Source: Veleropilina oligotropha
Lineage: Eukaryota
DNA length: 64,000 nucleotides
Assembly (NCBI GenBank): GCA_048128005.1
Contig: JBEUKZ010000006.1
Location: 62,001-126,000, forward strand
Reading direction: 5' to 3'
Under the pieces are notes generated by a model. That model was not told the origin of the DNA, made no database searches, and saw only the letters and a program-made list of their open reading frames with translations. Both the position numbers and the translations under genes were made by a program. Within the stretch, counting starts at the first letter, position 1. Each line of letters starts with the position of its first letter. Shown here piece by piece: positions 12,888 to 26,252 of this stretch.

Positions 12888-13301
12888 CTGGATTTAATTA
12901 AAGATCAATATCCAACATTTTTAGTAACAAGGTAAAGTCGAATATACAGAGTCTGAGAGTTAATTTAACCAAAGCTTACCAATAATAAGAGGTTCTTTTC
13001 TTTTAATAATGAACAAACCCACTGATTTTAGTCATTTATACGGATATTAAATACAGCAAATAATACTATAGGTGCTTTATGGCAATAGTGTAAATAACCA
13101 AACAACCATCTAGATTGCATCATGTGATGTACTATAGATTGTATAACAATATACGTCAATTAGTCAAGCGGTTTTCCATAAAATCACTCCATCAAATAGC
13201 ATTGAAGCTATCAGGTCAGTAATATGCCACCGGTTTATAATATACACAAAACAATTCTTTCAGATATATATACATCAGAACACCTCGATAAAAAAGGATA
13301 C
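12888..13301 (-). other. U12-type (minor spliceosome) GT-AG intron, phase 1
   Basis: 5' splice site GTATCCTTTT. Branch-like TCTTTAAT (12897-12904) with A residues 11-12 nt from the AG; no polypyrimidine tract. Confidence 0.88.
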
Positions 13302-13442
13302 GCTCTCCATCTTTTTCTATGTCGCCCTTGAATTCGGGGATGTATGGCCGCAGCACATCTAACATTAATTTAATGAAGCATTTCTGCTCTTTTGAGTTGT
13401 ATGCCTTTAATATATTTCCTGGATCACCAGCGAGAAAGCTTC
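13302..13442 (-). CDS. ITPK: IP3 3-kinase internal exon (GSFLAGDPGNILK...LRPYIPEFKGDIEKDGER)
   Basis: 141 nt, cag acceptor, GTATCCTTT donor. Matches the IP3K N-lobe and is in frame with both neighbours. Confidence 0.94.
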
Positions 13443-13496
13443 CTGTTAAAAGAATAAACAAACTGTGAATGTAAACTGTTTCAGAGAATCTCTTGA

Positions 13497-15611
13497 CATG
13501 GTGAGTAAACCCCGTCATGCAGAATCTAATGGTGAGTAAACCCAGTCATGCAGAATCTCATGGTGAGCAAACCCATCATGCAGAATCTAATGGTGAGCAA
13601 AACTCGTCATGCAGAATCTAATGGTGAGCAAACCCATCATGCAGAATCTCATGGTGAGCAAACCCATCCTGCAGAATCTAATGGTGAGCAAACCCATCCT
13701 GCAGAATCTAATGGTGAGCAAACCCATCCTGCAGAATCTAATGGTGAGCAAACCCATCAAGCAGAATCTCATGGTGAGCAAACCCATCCTGTAGAATCTA
13801 ATGGTGAGCAAACCCATCCTGCAGAATCTAATGGTGAGCAAACCCATCATGCAGAATCTCATGGTGAGCAAACCCGTCATGCAAAATCTCATGGTGAGCA
13901 AACCCATCATGCAGAATCTCATGGTGAGCAAACCCATCCTGCAGAATCTAATGGTGAGCAAACCCATCATGCAGAATCTCATGGTGAGCAAACCCATCAT
14001 GCAGAATCTAATGGTGAGCAAACCCGTCATGCAGAATCTCATGGTGAGTAAACCCAGTCATGCAGAATATAATGGAGAGCAAACCCGTCATGCAGAATCT
14101 CATGGTGAGTAAACCAGTCATGCAGAATCTAATGGTGGGCAAACCCATCATGCAGAATCTAATGGTGAGCAAACCCGTCATGCAGAATCTCATGGTGAGT
14201 AAACCCCATCATGCAGAATCTCATGGTGAGCAAACCCGTCATGCAGAATCTCATGGTGAGCAAACCCGTCATGCAGAATCTAATTGTGAGCAAACACATC
14301 ATGCAGAAGCTAATGGTGAGCAAACCCATCCTGCAGAATCTAATAGTGAGCAAACCCATCATGCAGAATCCCATGGTGAGCAAACCCATCATGCAGAATC
14401 TAATGGTGAGCAAACCCATCATGCAGAATCTAATGGTGAGCAAACCCATCATGCAGAATCTCATGGTGAGCAAACCCGTCATGCAGAATCTCATGGTGAG
14501 CAAACCCATCCTGCAGAATCTCATGGTGAGCAAACCCGTCATGCAGAATCTAATGGTGAGCAAACCCATCCTGCAGAATCTAATGGTGAGCAAACCCATC
14601 CTGCAGAATCTAATGGTGAGCAAACCCCATCATGCAGAATCTCATGGTGAGCAAACCCATCATGCAGAATCTAATGGTGAGCAAACCCGTCATGCAGAAT
14701 CTAATGGTGAGCAAACCCATTCTGCAGAATCTAATGGTGAGCAAACCCATCATGCAGAATCTAATGGTGAGCAAACCCATCATGCAGAATCTAATGGTGA
14801 GCAAACCCATCATGCAGAATCTAATGGTGAGCAAACCCATCATGCAGAATCTCATGGTGAGCAAACCCGTCATGCAGAATCTAATGGTGAGCAAACCCGT
14901 CATGCAGAATCTCATGGTAAGCAAACCCATCATGCAGAATATAATGGTGAGCAAACCCATCATGCAGAATCTAATGGTGAGCAAACCCATCATGCAGAAT
15001 CTCATGGTGAGCAAACCCGTCATGCAGAATCTCATGTTTACTCAATAATCATGTGCCCAAATATCTCATGGTGAGCAAACCCATCCTGCAGAATCTCATG
15101 GTGAGCAAACCCGTCATGCAGAATCTAATGGTGAGCAAACCCATCCTGCAGAATCTAATGGTGAGCAAACCCATCCTGCAGAATCTAATGGTGAGCAAAC
15201 CCCATCATGCAGAATCTCATGGTGAGCAAACCCATCATGCAGAATCTAATGGTGAGCAAACCCGTCATGCAGAATCTAATGGTGAGCAAACCCATTCTGC
15301 AGAATCTAATGGTGAGCAAACCCATCATGCAGAATCTAATGGTGAGCAAACCCATCATGCAGAATCTAATGGTGAGCAAACCCATCATGCAGAATCTAAT
15401 GGTGAGCAAACCCATCATGCAGAATCTCATGGTGAGCAAACCCGTCATGCAGAATCTAATGGTGAGCAAACCCGTCATGCAGAATCTCATGGTGAGCAAA
15501 CCCATCATGCAGAATATAATGGTGAGCAAACCCATCATGCAGAATCTAATGGTGAGCAAACCCATCATGCAGAATCTCATGGTGAGCAAACCCGTCATGC
15601 AGAATCTCATG
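13497..15611. repeat. 30-bp minisatellite, ~70 copies
   Basis: Unit atggtgagcaaacccatcatgcagaatct(a/c). Confidence 0.95.
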
Positions 15612-16352
15612 TTTACTCAATAATCATGTGCCCAAATATCTCTACAAAATTGTGCAAACTATAAACGAACTATGTTGTGACAAATTTGAGACTATTAACT
15701 CGTTGGTGTCGTAACATCCAATGCACAGAGTGTTCTGTGTGTTGCAAGGTTTTGAGCAATTTGGTCGCAGTAATACTGGTACAAAACTCAATATTATAAT
15801 AGGCAATTAAACCATATATATTCTGAAAGGTCAGTGTTATGGGAGTAAAAAAACCTTTCAATAATATTGATATCATGTGGTTACCATGACGACAATACAT
15901 GAACACGTGGTCATGACATAAAAAACACAACATTTATCTATTTATTTAGTCATAAACGATATACATTACAGTATACAATACTATGTAAGTTGGGTAGAAA
16001 ATCATATACTAGATTATATTATACCAGGGGTTACAAAATAAAATCAGGATAATATATGTAACAACTAACATAAACATTATGACATCATGGTGGTAACCAT
16101 TTTGACAATTTGATCATGTGTCAAAACGTGGTTATATATGTATGGCAATAAATTATTTCATGGTGCAAAGGAAGTAACTTTGTTTGGATTATCATTCGAA
16201 CATAGTTGTTACTGGCGTTGAAGTCGGCTTCATACATATCAAATATATAGTATTTAGTGACCCCCAAACAGAAAAACGACTTGATACGTCATTCGACTTT
16301 TGTGGAATGGCAGGAAATACACTTAACAGGTGTCGTTCGACTCCAAAGAGTT

Positions 16353-16612
16353 AGTTGCTTCGACAGCTGTGTGGTATCGTTTGTAAACTCTGAAAAATCA
16401 CCGGCTTGATTCCACTGACGCGAACAGTAGTGGGTTTACACCTCGGCTGGGGCATCACACATTTGTTTACGTTATGAATCACAGTTGTCCATAACTGGTC
16501 GGAAAGGGCAGGTTTCCCGGCCGACCGGCTTTCCTTCCGCGATAATATGGACATGTCCTGGTTTGAACTAAACGATGGTTGGAAATATACAGGACATCAA
16601 GCATCGATCCTT
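16353..16612 (+). mobile_element. Older SINE subfamily copy, opposite orientation
   Basis: Reverse complement aligns by eye with 3325-3560 and 6640-6876. Confidence 0.78.
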
Positions 16613-17161
16613 TCCTTTCCAAAGAGTTAATCAATATTAATATAAATATCAATATTAATACTGTGTAAACAAGGCAGAGGTTTCAGAAAGTCCAGAAAAT
16701 ACCACATATGCTTTTTGTGCAAAATGAAGAAGCAAGAATGTCTTACAATCTGAAATGTCAAATTGAATGTAACATTTGACAAATAGAAACTCATAATTTC
16801 AGAGATTTAGAGCTATATATATGACTAAAAAATATCGGATTATTCAGAGACAACTGTCGTAGCCTACTGGCGAACTTCAACCCACTACCTTATAGTTTGT
16901 GTTTCTTAGTAGATGTCATATACGTGATGGGAATTTATTTAACGATTTAGTCAAAACAGCTTCAATTTGGTTGGATGCATTTATTTATGTACATGTATTG
17001 GCTAGATTACCAGTCTAATGACCATGTCAGCGGATTACATTTTTCAATCATGCTGTAACTTTCCGTCAGAACCTTAATTCAACATCTACATGCAGTAGAA
17101 AGAGGGTTTAATGGTTTATATTGTCATTCCTCCTTTTGCACATCATACATAACACTGCATT

Positions 17162-18046
17162 AAACTAGATGTTGTTATTGTCCCAATAACAGGAATGTCT
17201 CCCCTGCTTGAAATTCTATTTTTAGCAACAGGTCATGTGACCTTTGACCCCAAATGCAATTCCAAGCATCCTTTCTTCATATGCAACATGCCTGCTAAAT
17301 ATGAAACAGTAGTTACTGTCTGGATAACAAATAAAACAAATTTCTGAAAAATTATATTTTAGTAACATGTCATGTGACCTTTGACCGATTGACCTCGAGC
17401 GCAATCCCAAGCATCCTTTTCACATATACAACCTGCCTGCTAAATATGAGGAAGATTGCTAAATATGATCGGTAGTTATCGACTGGAAAGCAAATTGCAA
17501 TCAAAATTCTATTTTTAGCAACAGGTCACGTGACATTTAAATATTTGACCCCAACTGCAATCCCAATGATCCTATCCTGATAGGCAACCTGCCTGGTAAA
17601 TATGAGCATGTTTGCTAAATATGAACAGTAGTTATCGTCCGGAAAGCAAATTGCAATCAAAAATTTAGAAAATTCTAATTTTAGCCATGAACGATTACCC
17701 TCAAATGCAATCCCATGCATGCTCTTCTCATGGGCGAGCTGTGTGCCAAATATGGGCATGAGCATCCAATCTAAAGAGTGGTTATCGTCCGGAAACCAAA
17801 TCGGAACCAAAATTCTATTTTTAATCATAGATCACATGACCTTTGGCATACTGACCTGAAAAGCAATCCCATGCGACCTCTCCTCATAAGCAACCCGTGT
17901 ACCAAATATGAGCATAATCGTTGTAAGGGAACGGTCGTTATCATCCGGAAACCAAAGTATGAGACAGACAGACGGACAGACGGACGGACGGACAGACAGT
18001 ACAAAAGCAATATGTCTCCCTACAGGGTAGCTAGGGGAGACATAAA
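17162..18046 (+). mobile_element. HINE-like element
   Basis: atgtctccc subterminal motif repeated in the 3' palindrome, ~150-bp core repeats, (gaca/gacg)n. Confidence 0.7.
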
Positions 18047-19732
18047 TATGCCAAACCAATCGCGACTTTTGAATGAATGACATATTGAGCACCAATTAAC
18101 ATTTTATGACTATGCGACCTGTTTAGCTAACAATTATTAAAGTACGGTTTTAAGTAAATATTTGCAATCAAGATATATTAAAATTTATATGATAATCAAT
18201 AGTGTGATGATATCCACATGTCACATGACATCTATATATTTAGCTAGATAGATCGCACAATACATAACACTGAAAATATTGAGCATTAACAAACCACAAC
18301 TGCATCAATCATATGATAAGAGCTTTGTGGTGGCCATGTTTAATCAAAGATTTGAAATGTTTATACATATCATTAAATGCTCCAAATTACATGAACAAAC
18401 TTGCTGTTTTATTATTAAAGATAATGCGTGGCGACATTAGCATATTTATCTATGTCTAGAGCAACGTTTAATTGGACCGTTAAAATGATATATGCATGCG
18501 AATAGTTGGTAACTACTGCAATGACCTCTATACACCTGGGTCTGCACTTGTAATACATTATAGCCGTCAACTGTCAACTTGTGCGCTGGAATATTGTTCG
18601 TTTATAGTAAATAGGTAAGAGATCCCCATAAGGTAATCGGTTACCAAACAAACGCAGACTACCACATCATCTATATCTACTAAATATAAACACGCTATTT
18701 GCTCAGAACGGATAGATAAGTCTTGGTTCTCGCTCCGGATCATACTGTTTGCTTATCTGTCAAAGGAGACAACACACCGCAGTCATTTTAGTGGGCCAAT
18801 GACGTCAATGGCGGTTTACTTTCAATTAAATTTGGCATTTTACACTTGACCACAAGACAAGCCCATACATTAATCCCTTAGATACAGAAAAATCGCAGAA
18901 AGAAAGTATTTCTCAGGCAAACTTTAATATCTCTGCATTGACCTTGCTTCATGTGTTGTAGCTATTCTTAGGACAAAGGAGTAAGCCCGCATTTCTCTCA
19001 GACAAACTTTAAATGTAGCATGTATGCACAATGAAATCAGACGGAAATGAAAATCGGTCACAAACAGCCATAAGATGTTGTCTGGCCAACGTTATCCTGT
19101 CTGTCTATATATACAGCAGAAAGTAGAGTCACTTCCTTCATTACGAATATAGTTACTTTCCCGGAAAATAGTAATTCAGAACAACTGCAACTGAAAGTGA
19201 GTCAGATCCCTCATGAATAGTGTACAGACGACTAAGTTAACGCTATATTATAATTAGTATTGATGATTTTAATGGCCACTTAAACTCTGAGAACATAGTG
19301 CATATTGATTCCCGATGAATAGTAGTAGGTTGCTTATTTATAGAGCTGCACGTCTGTATTCAAGAGGAGACACTTACATTATATAATATCTATGCACCGT
19401 ATAGAGATCATTTAGAACAAATTTATCTCAATGTGCGTCAGGTGTCTCACAACGGTCGTAAGAAGAAAACACCTTACTGCACATTGATGATTTACACTTA
19501 AAAATACTTAATTTATTTTAACAATTACAGAGCCTACATGTGATTAATTAGAAACAATGACATTAAAGTTGCATTGTCCTTAAAGTTCGCATATTGCCAT
19601 ACAATGCCTTACTTGCATATTTGTGGATGTTACACAAAGTTTTCATGATTCAAATTGGAAGATCAAACATTGTTTACTGTTTTATAATAAACAAGAGTGT
19701 CATGTCACAATATACGCCCATCTCAATGTTCT

Positions 19733-19993
19733 GGGACGGAGGAATTATGCTTAATGTCCTGTATATTTATAACATTGAGGTTCAAGGCAGGACATGTCCG
19801 TGTTATCGCGGGAGGAAACACCGGTTGCCGGGTAAACCCGCCCTCTTCGGCCAGTCACGGACAACTGTGCTTCATAACTTGAACAAATGTGTGCTGCCTC
19901 AGCCGGGGGTCGATCCCACTACTGTTCGCGTCAGCGGAAACAAGCCAGTGAATTTAGAGTGGACACTCTACCCACTACGCTACCGAAGTGGCC
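19733..19993 (-). mobile_element. Young SINE copy
   Basis: Near-identical to the other young copies; TSD tctcaatgttct. Confidence 0.9.
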
Positions 19994-20809
19994 TCTCAAT
20001 GTTCTATTGATGTCATGGGCAAATTGTTTGCAAAATAATGAAGCATTTTCGCATGAACAAATGTGGTGAATGATGGATGAAATTTGCTCGAGTCGTCAAT
20101 CAGACCCTGGAGAAAGTCAATTTTGAATACTTTACATAATTCAAGAGCCATATTACCTGATAATTTGGACCCTTACCAGTTGACCAGAGCGACATTAGAC
20201 ACTGGATACATTCTGCTCTTGCATAATGGCAACATATACTGACATTTCAAGATACCACTGGAATGAACCAATGGGAAGGCAGTTTTCAAAATCAGTTTAA
20301 TTTCTGATTTTGATAATCCCAACTTCTCAGAGTGACCATTAAGCTTAACAGCTTACTGTGCCTATCGGCAGTGAGCAAGTCTTACAGATAAGCATACGTC
20401 CCTGTCATACAAACATAATACTTACCGTACATACTCTATCTGCTTCTTTCTATCCTCAATATTTCAAGGCATAATTATACTTTTCAGAATAACTTATATA
20501 GTGTGTAGGCATAACAAAAATAAATCATGTAACTTCTTCATAAATTTTTTTGGAGGGTGGGGGAGGGGGTGGGAGGTGCGACAAATCGGAATGACATGTA
20601 TGTGCCTCCCTCAGCTCAGTTTCAGAAAGCTACCATTTCTCTAAATGAAAAGAAAGATGTGAGAAATAGACCACTTTCAGAGACTATGTTCAAAATTGCC
20701 AAAAATCACCAAAAAAACAATAAATTTTTCCCTTTCATCATACAAATATAATACTTACATAACAATATCTGAGCATGAGAGGGGGGGGGGGGAATCGGAA
20801 TAATTAATA

Positions 20810-21352
20810 TGTATGTGCCTCCCTCAGCTCATACACTTATGAAGCATCTATGGTATAAGTTTAATTGATCTAGAACACATACTTTTTGAGATTCAACAGA
20901 GCTAAATGCAAAAACTTAAAAAACTTAACACAGATTACTATGTTGACAAAGTCACGGTACATAAAATCTAGGTTATATATCAAGCATCTGAAGCATTCAT
21001 TAAACAACAGTACCCATGAAGTATCTATGGTCCAAGTTATGTTGATCTAGATCTTATACTTTGTGAGAAACAGAGCTAAACGCAAAAACTTAATGTAAAA
21101 ACTTAACACAGATTACTATGTTGACAAAGTCACGGTACATAAAATATAGGTTATTATCAAGCATCCGAAGAATTCCGAAAACAGCAGTGCGCATGAAGCA
21201 TCTATGGTCCATTAGTTATGTTGATCTAGAACATATACTTTTTGAGAAACAGAGCTAAACGCTAAACATTAACAATTTTTGACGATCGCAGTCGCCGCCG
21301 CCGACAGAAAAGCAATACCAATAGTCTCTTTCCCTACGGGCGAGACAAAAAT
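20810..21352 (+). mobile_element. HINE-like element (3' part) ending just before an IP3K exon
   Basis: ~180-bp repeats, gccgcc microsatellite, gtctc...gagac terminal hairpin. Confidence 0.55.
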
Positions 21353-21395
21353 TACTGATTCCAATCAAATCACAACCCGATTGGCTGCACCTTAC

Positions 21396-21498
21396 CTTGG
21401 TGCCCGGCCAGTTGCACCCATGGATACTTCTGCTTCTTGAAATGTTGGATAAAGGGAGACCATCGCACCATGTTTCGGATTTTCTTCCATGAACTTTG
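21396..21498 (-). CDS. ITPK: IP3 3-kinase first shared exon ([35 protein letters not shown]), calmodulin-binding region and start of the kinase domain
   Basis: WKKI.NMV.WSPF...YPW.QLAGH motif. ttttttcag acceptor (phase 0) and gtaagg donor (phase 1); 103 nt. Confidence 0.96.
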
Positions 21499-21560
21499 CT
21501 GAAAAAATTAAAATTCACATGTATACAATTTTAACTCCTGACAGACACGACAAAAGCAGT

Positions 21561-22525
21561 GGGGAATCAAGCCACACCAAGAGAGATGCGGCGTTTTTAA
21601 AACACACCCGCCGTGTTTTTAACTCTCCATTATTTTTCAGGAATGGAGCGTTATATTTCCTTTGTTAGGTGAACAATAGGGTGTGAAATCTGGGGTGGGT
21701 TGTATAGCCACGTCGCTGGACAGCATGCAGTTACATAATCATCAGTAGGCCTAATCGCTATCAAGCGCTGCTTCCATAAAACCCGCTCCAGATAACGTGC
21801 AGTAAATCCAGAATGAAATAAAACTAGATGGTCATTTGTCAGTTAAACATCTGTTACGAAACGCACAATTAATAAATATCCGAAGTAATCGTATCGTCGT
21901 AAACACGTAGTATGCTGACACCAGCTGAAATGCTATCTCTGCTGCACATTCACATTTATTTTCATATATTTCCATTGTGTCATCGTAGACGCTTCTTATT
22001 GCGAACAGAAGGTGAAATACCATCCCGTATACCATCCAGAGTATTAAAATCCAGCTGAATTGACATTGAATTTGTATATTTCCTTCGGACTGTTGCAATA
22101 AGTTGTGTCACGTATTAAAAAATCCCACGTATGGCTCATAAACTCCTGTTCGACGTCCTAATAGTAAATCCATATAAGCGATATTTCCACATCCAAACGC
22201 AATGCTGTCGGTGTTTCAACAGATTAAAACGTGCTAAAATGGAACAGATAGCTCCAATATTAGTGGTCAAATGACAACCCGTGCGAATCGTCCATTTCGG
22301 GTCAGATTTTACATGAATTATCCGTGAAGGCGCAATTAACACGAAATTAATTACGCTCCTCGTCATTGTTAACAACCTATTGTATCTTGAAAAGGCGCAT
22401 AATGGGTTTTTGGCTGTGTTTTAAGTCGCGGAATGTCTTCGCAACTCTCCATTCCTTAAAAAGAATGTGACTCGGCCCTCGTCTCCATTATTTTTAAGGA
22501 ATGGAGAGTTGCTTGGACATTCCCC
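21561..22525. mobile_element. Non-autonomous TIR element
   Basis: ggggaat / attcccc ends and subterminal ctccatt...ggaatggag palindromic repeats at both ends. Confidence 0.55.
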
Positions 22526-23696
22526 TCAACGTAATCTTGATAAAATGGGGGATTATTTAATAACAGCATTGAAGCACCAGGTGAAGAATTCATGTTCGAG
22601 CATGTACAGTAGTGCATTCACATTAATTAGTATAGAAAATGTAAAAATATTTTTTACCATAATATTACAAGAAATGAAGCCACCATTAGCAGCAAGACCG
22701 AATGATGGTTTATTTAATTGAGCACAGTTTGAAATATTGCCAATAGAATGTGATGGAGAATAAACTAGAAATATGTCCATCGGACACGAATGCCCCCACT
22801 GGCAGCCTTGACCATAGGGGCAGTGTACAAAGTATCAAGTCAATCCATGAAGGCAAATAGAAGTTATAGCAGATTGGAGTTGCTTACACGCAAATACTGG
22901 TTTCGGGACGGACGGGACGGGACGGACGGAGCAGATTGGGTAGACACCAATTTCTTTTGAAAAATAGAGAAACTACACAAATTGCATTATGCATAAAACA
23001 AGTTTTTATTAATATCAAAGGAGTCTTTTGCACTTCACCAAATTTTTCTCCACCTATAACTAAGATCATCAATGCAACATACCTGTATACTTCTAACAAC
23101 TATGCACGCATTAGCTTCAAACAAATAATATTATGGCTAATCATAAAGAGTGGACAAATATCCTATCAATATTAATATATAATATATACATTCATGTATG
23201 CATATAAATGATTACAATATGTATACACTGTAAATAGTTGATTGTAGTTAAAAGTCTAGCTGGTAACGTGTAATGGAGTGAAATAAAGGGGCAGTCAACC
23301 GACAAATGAGTTAAAAATGCTGTGCGTACTCATAAAGTAGTCGGTTGGTCTCCCCGGCGTAATTGTTAACAATATTATTAATACCGCTAGTCAAACTGTT
23401 TGGCTAAGTAAGATTGATGACAACTATGTTAATTCCATATTAATTTACACAATTATTAATGCGTTACAGGCTATCTCGTCTTAAGAAACGATAGTTACTC
23501 AGGATTCATGGCACAGTAACATTTAAGTTATATCTGAACACAGGTTTCAAACTGTTAACAATACAAACGTGCCAGCAAAGATATCACAATAAATATGCAT
23601 AAAAACATTGAATATGCTATATACAAGACGACATAAACAGACCTAGGTGTTAAAAGTGCACTGTCCCTGAAGTGAATGTCAAATATTAACATTAAA

Positions 23697-24143
23697 TAAC
23701 AAGTGTGGGAGCCACACATTATCCCATCGGGTTTGTCATAATTGATGGAGTGTACATTTTTAAGTTGATAAAGGGGAATAACTGTGCACATACTTGGCAA
23801 AATTTTAGTAAAATGTAACATGACCCCGTGTTTTATTTGAAATCCAGATACAAGATGTGAACAATATCTGAGGCGAGGTTATGAAGATATTTGACGGAAA
23901 CTAAATATTAATGTCGAAAAAGGGAAAGTTTATATCGAAAAAGGGGGGTAACTGTGCAAATATTTGGCGGAAAAATCTGAAATTCATTAGCAACCTAGTT
24001 TATGTCCCAATAAACCTGCATACCAAATTTGAATTCCCTAGCTGCTATGCTTTTCTTGATATCGTGATCACATCGTCTATACGGACGGACGGACGGACTA
24101 CGTGACGACATAATCCCAACGTTTTTTCAAAACAGATGGGATA
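23697..24143 (+). mobile_element. HINE-like element, single-core version
   Basis: gtgtgggagccacacattatcccatc head, (gacg)n, atccca...tgggat terminal hairpin. Confidence 0.7.
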
Positions 24144-25608
24144 ACAAGAGTCATCAGAAGCTGACATATCTCCCCGGTGCAACGTTAAGTTTAACACTAG
24201 ATCCCGCTTTTAAGTTGAAGCAACAGAAGACAAGAGCAATCAATATCCCGCAATGGTACAAGGAACATAGCCCCATACACCCAGCAAGCTTCGGAAAAGA
24301 TAACATTCACGAATTTACAGCAAGGGCAATAACTCTGTTAATAATCGTCGCACAACGTCGAGACTGGCAGAAGGCACCAGTTTACATACTAAGTAATACA
24401 CCCAGCAAATTTTGTAAAGTTATGTTGAATGGTGTACGAGGTATGGTCTGGAAATGCTATCGATTACAGATGGCGCATGCAATCTTTAGGGACATCAGCA
24501 AGTCGTACAAGTGTTTCCATTCACCTTAATGGTAAATTATATCTTTTATACTAATTAGTATATTATACTAATACTGTATATACTAATTTTTATTCGGCCC
24601 GGGTGAATACAGAAATATAGACTGTGGCTAATGACACATGAGTGTGGCTCAAGAAATTCAATGCCAATTAGCCACAGTGGCTACATGGGAAAAATTCCCA
24701 TCGCTAGCCCAGACATCCAGCATGTTTCGTAAAGTTATGTGGAGCGGTGTGCGAGATGCGCTCCGGAAGAGAAAACATTCACGAATTCACTGCAACGGCA
24801 AATTTCCACACAACGTCGCGACTGGCAAAAGGCATCAGTTCACCTACTACGTAATACACCCAGCATGTTTCATAAAGTTATGTCGAGCGGTGTACGAGAC
24901 ACGCTCAGGAAAAGATAACATTCACAAATTTATAGCAAGGGCAATACCTCTGTTATTAATCGTCGCACAATGTCGAGACTGGCAAAAGGCACCAGTTCAC
25001 CTACTACGTAATACACCCAGTAAGTTTCGTAAAGTTATGTCAAACGGTGTACGAGATATGCTCCAGAAACGATATTGATTACATACAGACAGACGGACAG
25101 ACAGACATACGGACAGACGGATGGACGGACGGACAGACTGAGCGATCTAGCCTAGTACACCCAGCAAGATTCATTTAGTATTGTCGAGCGGTGTATGAGA
25201 TATGCTCCGGAAAAAATAACATGAACAAATTTACAGCAAGGGAAATAACTCTGTTAATAATCGTTGCACAACGTCGAGACTGGCAAAAGGCAACAGTTCA
25301 CCTTCTACGTAATACACCCAGCAAGTTTCGTAAAGTTATGTCAAACGGTGTACGAGATATGCTTCGGAAACAATAACATTCACGAATTTACAGCAAGGGC
25401 AATAACTGTTAATAATCGTCGCACATTGTCGAGACTGGCAAAAGGCACCAGTTCACCTTCTACGTAATACACCCAGCAAGTTTCGTAAAGTTATGTCAAA
25501 CGGTGTACGAGATATGCTCCGCAACGATATAGATTACATACAGACAGACGGACGGACAGACAGACTGGGCGATCGCAAGATCCCCCGGTTATCATCGGGG
25601 GGATAATA
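24143..25608 (+). mobile_element. HINE-like element abutting the previous one
   Basis: aacaagag start, ~150-bp core repeats, duplicated microsatellite block, atcccccg...ggggggat hairpin. Confidence 0.7.
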
Positions 25609-25920
25609 ATAATATAATAATACTCCGGTCTTATATAGCGCTTTATTATGCTAGTGTCTCAATGCGCTGAACGTTATTACCCCTGGTTAATACCGTTATT
25701 GGCCTTTTCCACTCGATATGCCATCTCAACTCCCTCTGAGAGCATTACAGTCATTTACACGCGGGTAGCGCCATGACATACGACCCATTCAGATCGGAAG
25801 AGTTGACCGAGGCAAATATATGATTATTTCCTTGCCCAAGTGAAATCGCCGAGCTCTGGGTGTGAACGCGAGACTCTGTGACCAGAGTCCTGTGAACAAT
25901 CCACTGAGCCATGACGGCAC
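25607..25920 (-). mobile_element. Second SINE family: tRNA head, CORE-like centre, L2-type tail
   Basis: TGGCTCAGTGG A-box, cttgggcaag core, and an aagcgctatataa...(TAT)n tail typical of L2-mobilised SINEs. Confidence 0.7.
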
Positions 25921-26252
25921 AATTTACAAAGAATTGGGGCAATCATAAGAGATGCAAGCAAACATCAGAATGGGCGCGGTTTACTGTTTAATTATCCCAT
26001 GTCAAATATTCATCATTCTACATTAATTATAGATACTCATTTATTGATGTATATTACATTGCTTGCATTGATGGATTTCGTTTGTATCGATACTTTTAAT
26101 GTTTCATTTTATCACCGTTCAGGGATCATATTATCCCGAGAAACCCTGTCCATACGGTCAGTTTCAGATAACTATGAATGTTATATTGAACAATACGCTC
26201 AGCCAAGTATTCCAACACACGGCTGTTAATCAGAGCAGTCAAGCGACTGAAT

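Noticed and set aside
13548..15664. Long repetitive ORFs (MQNLMVSKP, HAESNGEQT)
   Set aside because: By-products of a 30-bp intronic minisatellite, open in several frames on both strands with frequent frameshifts.
20172..20235. GTAAGG donor with a short upstream ORF as an extra IP3K exon
   Set aside because: The open frame ends in phase 2, incompatible with the phase-1 acceptor at 13442, and it lies within a dispersed repeat.
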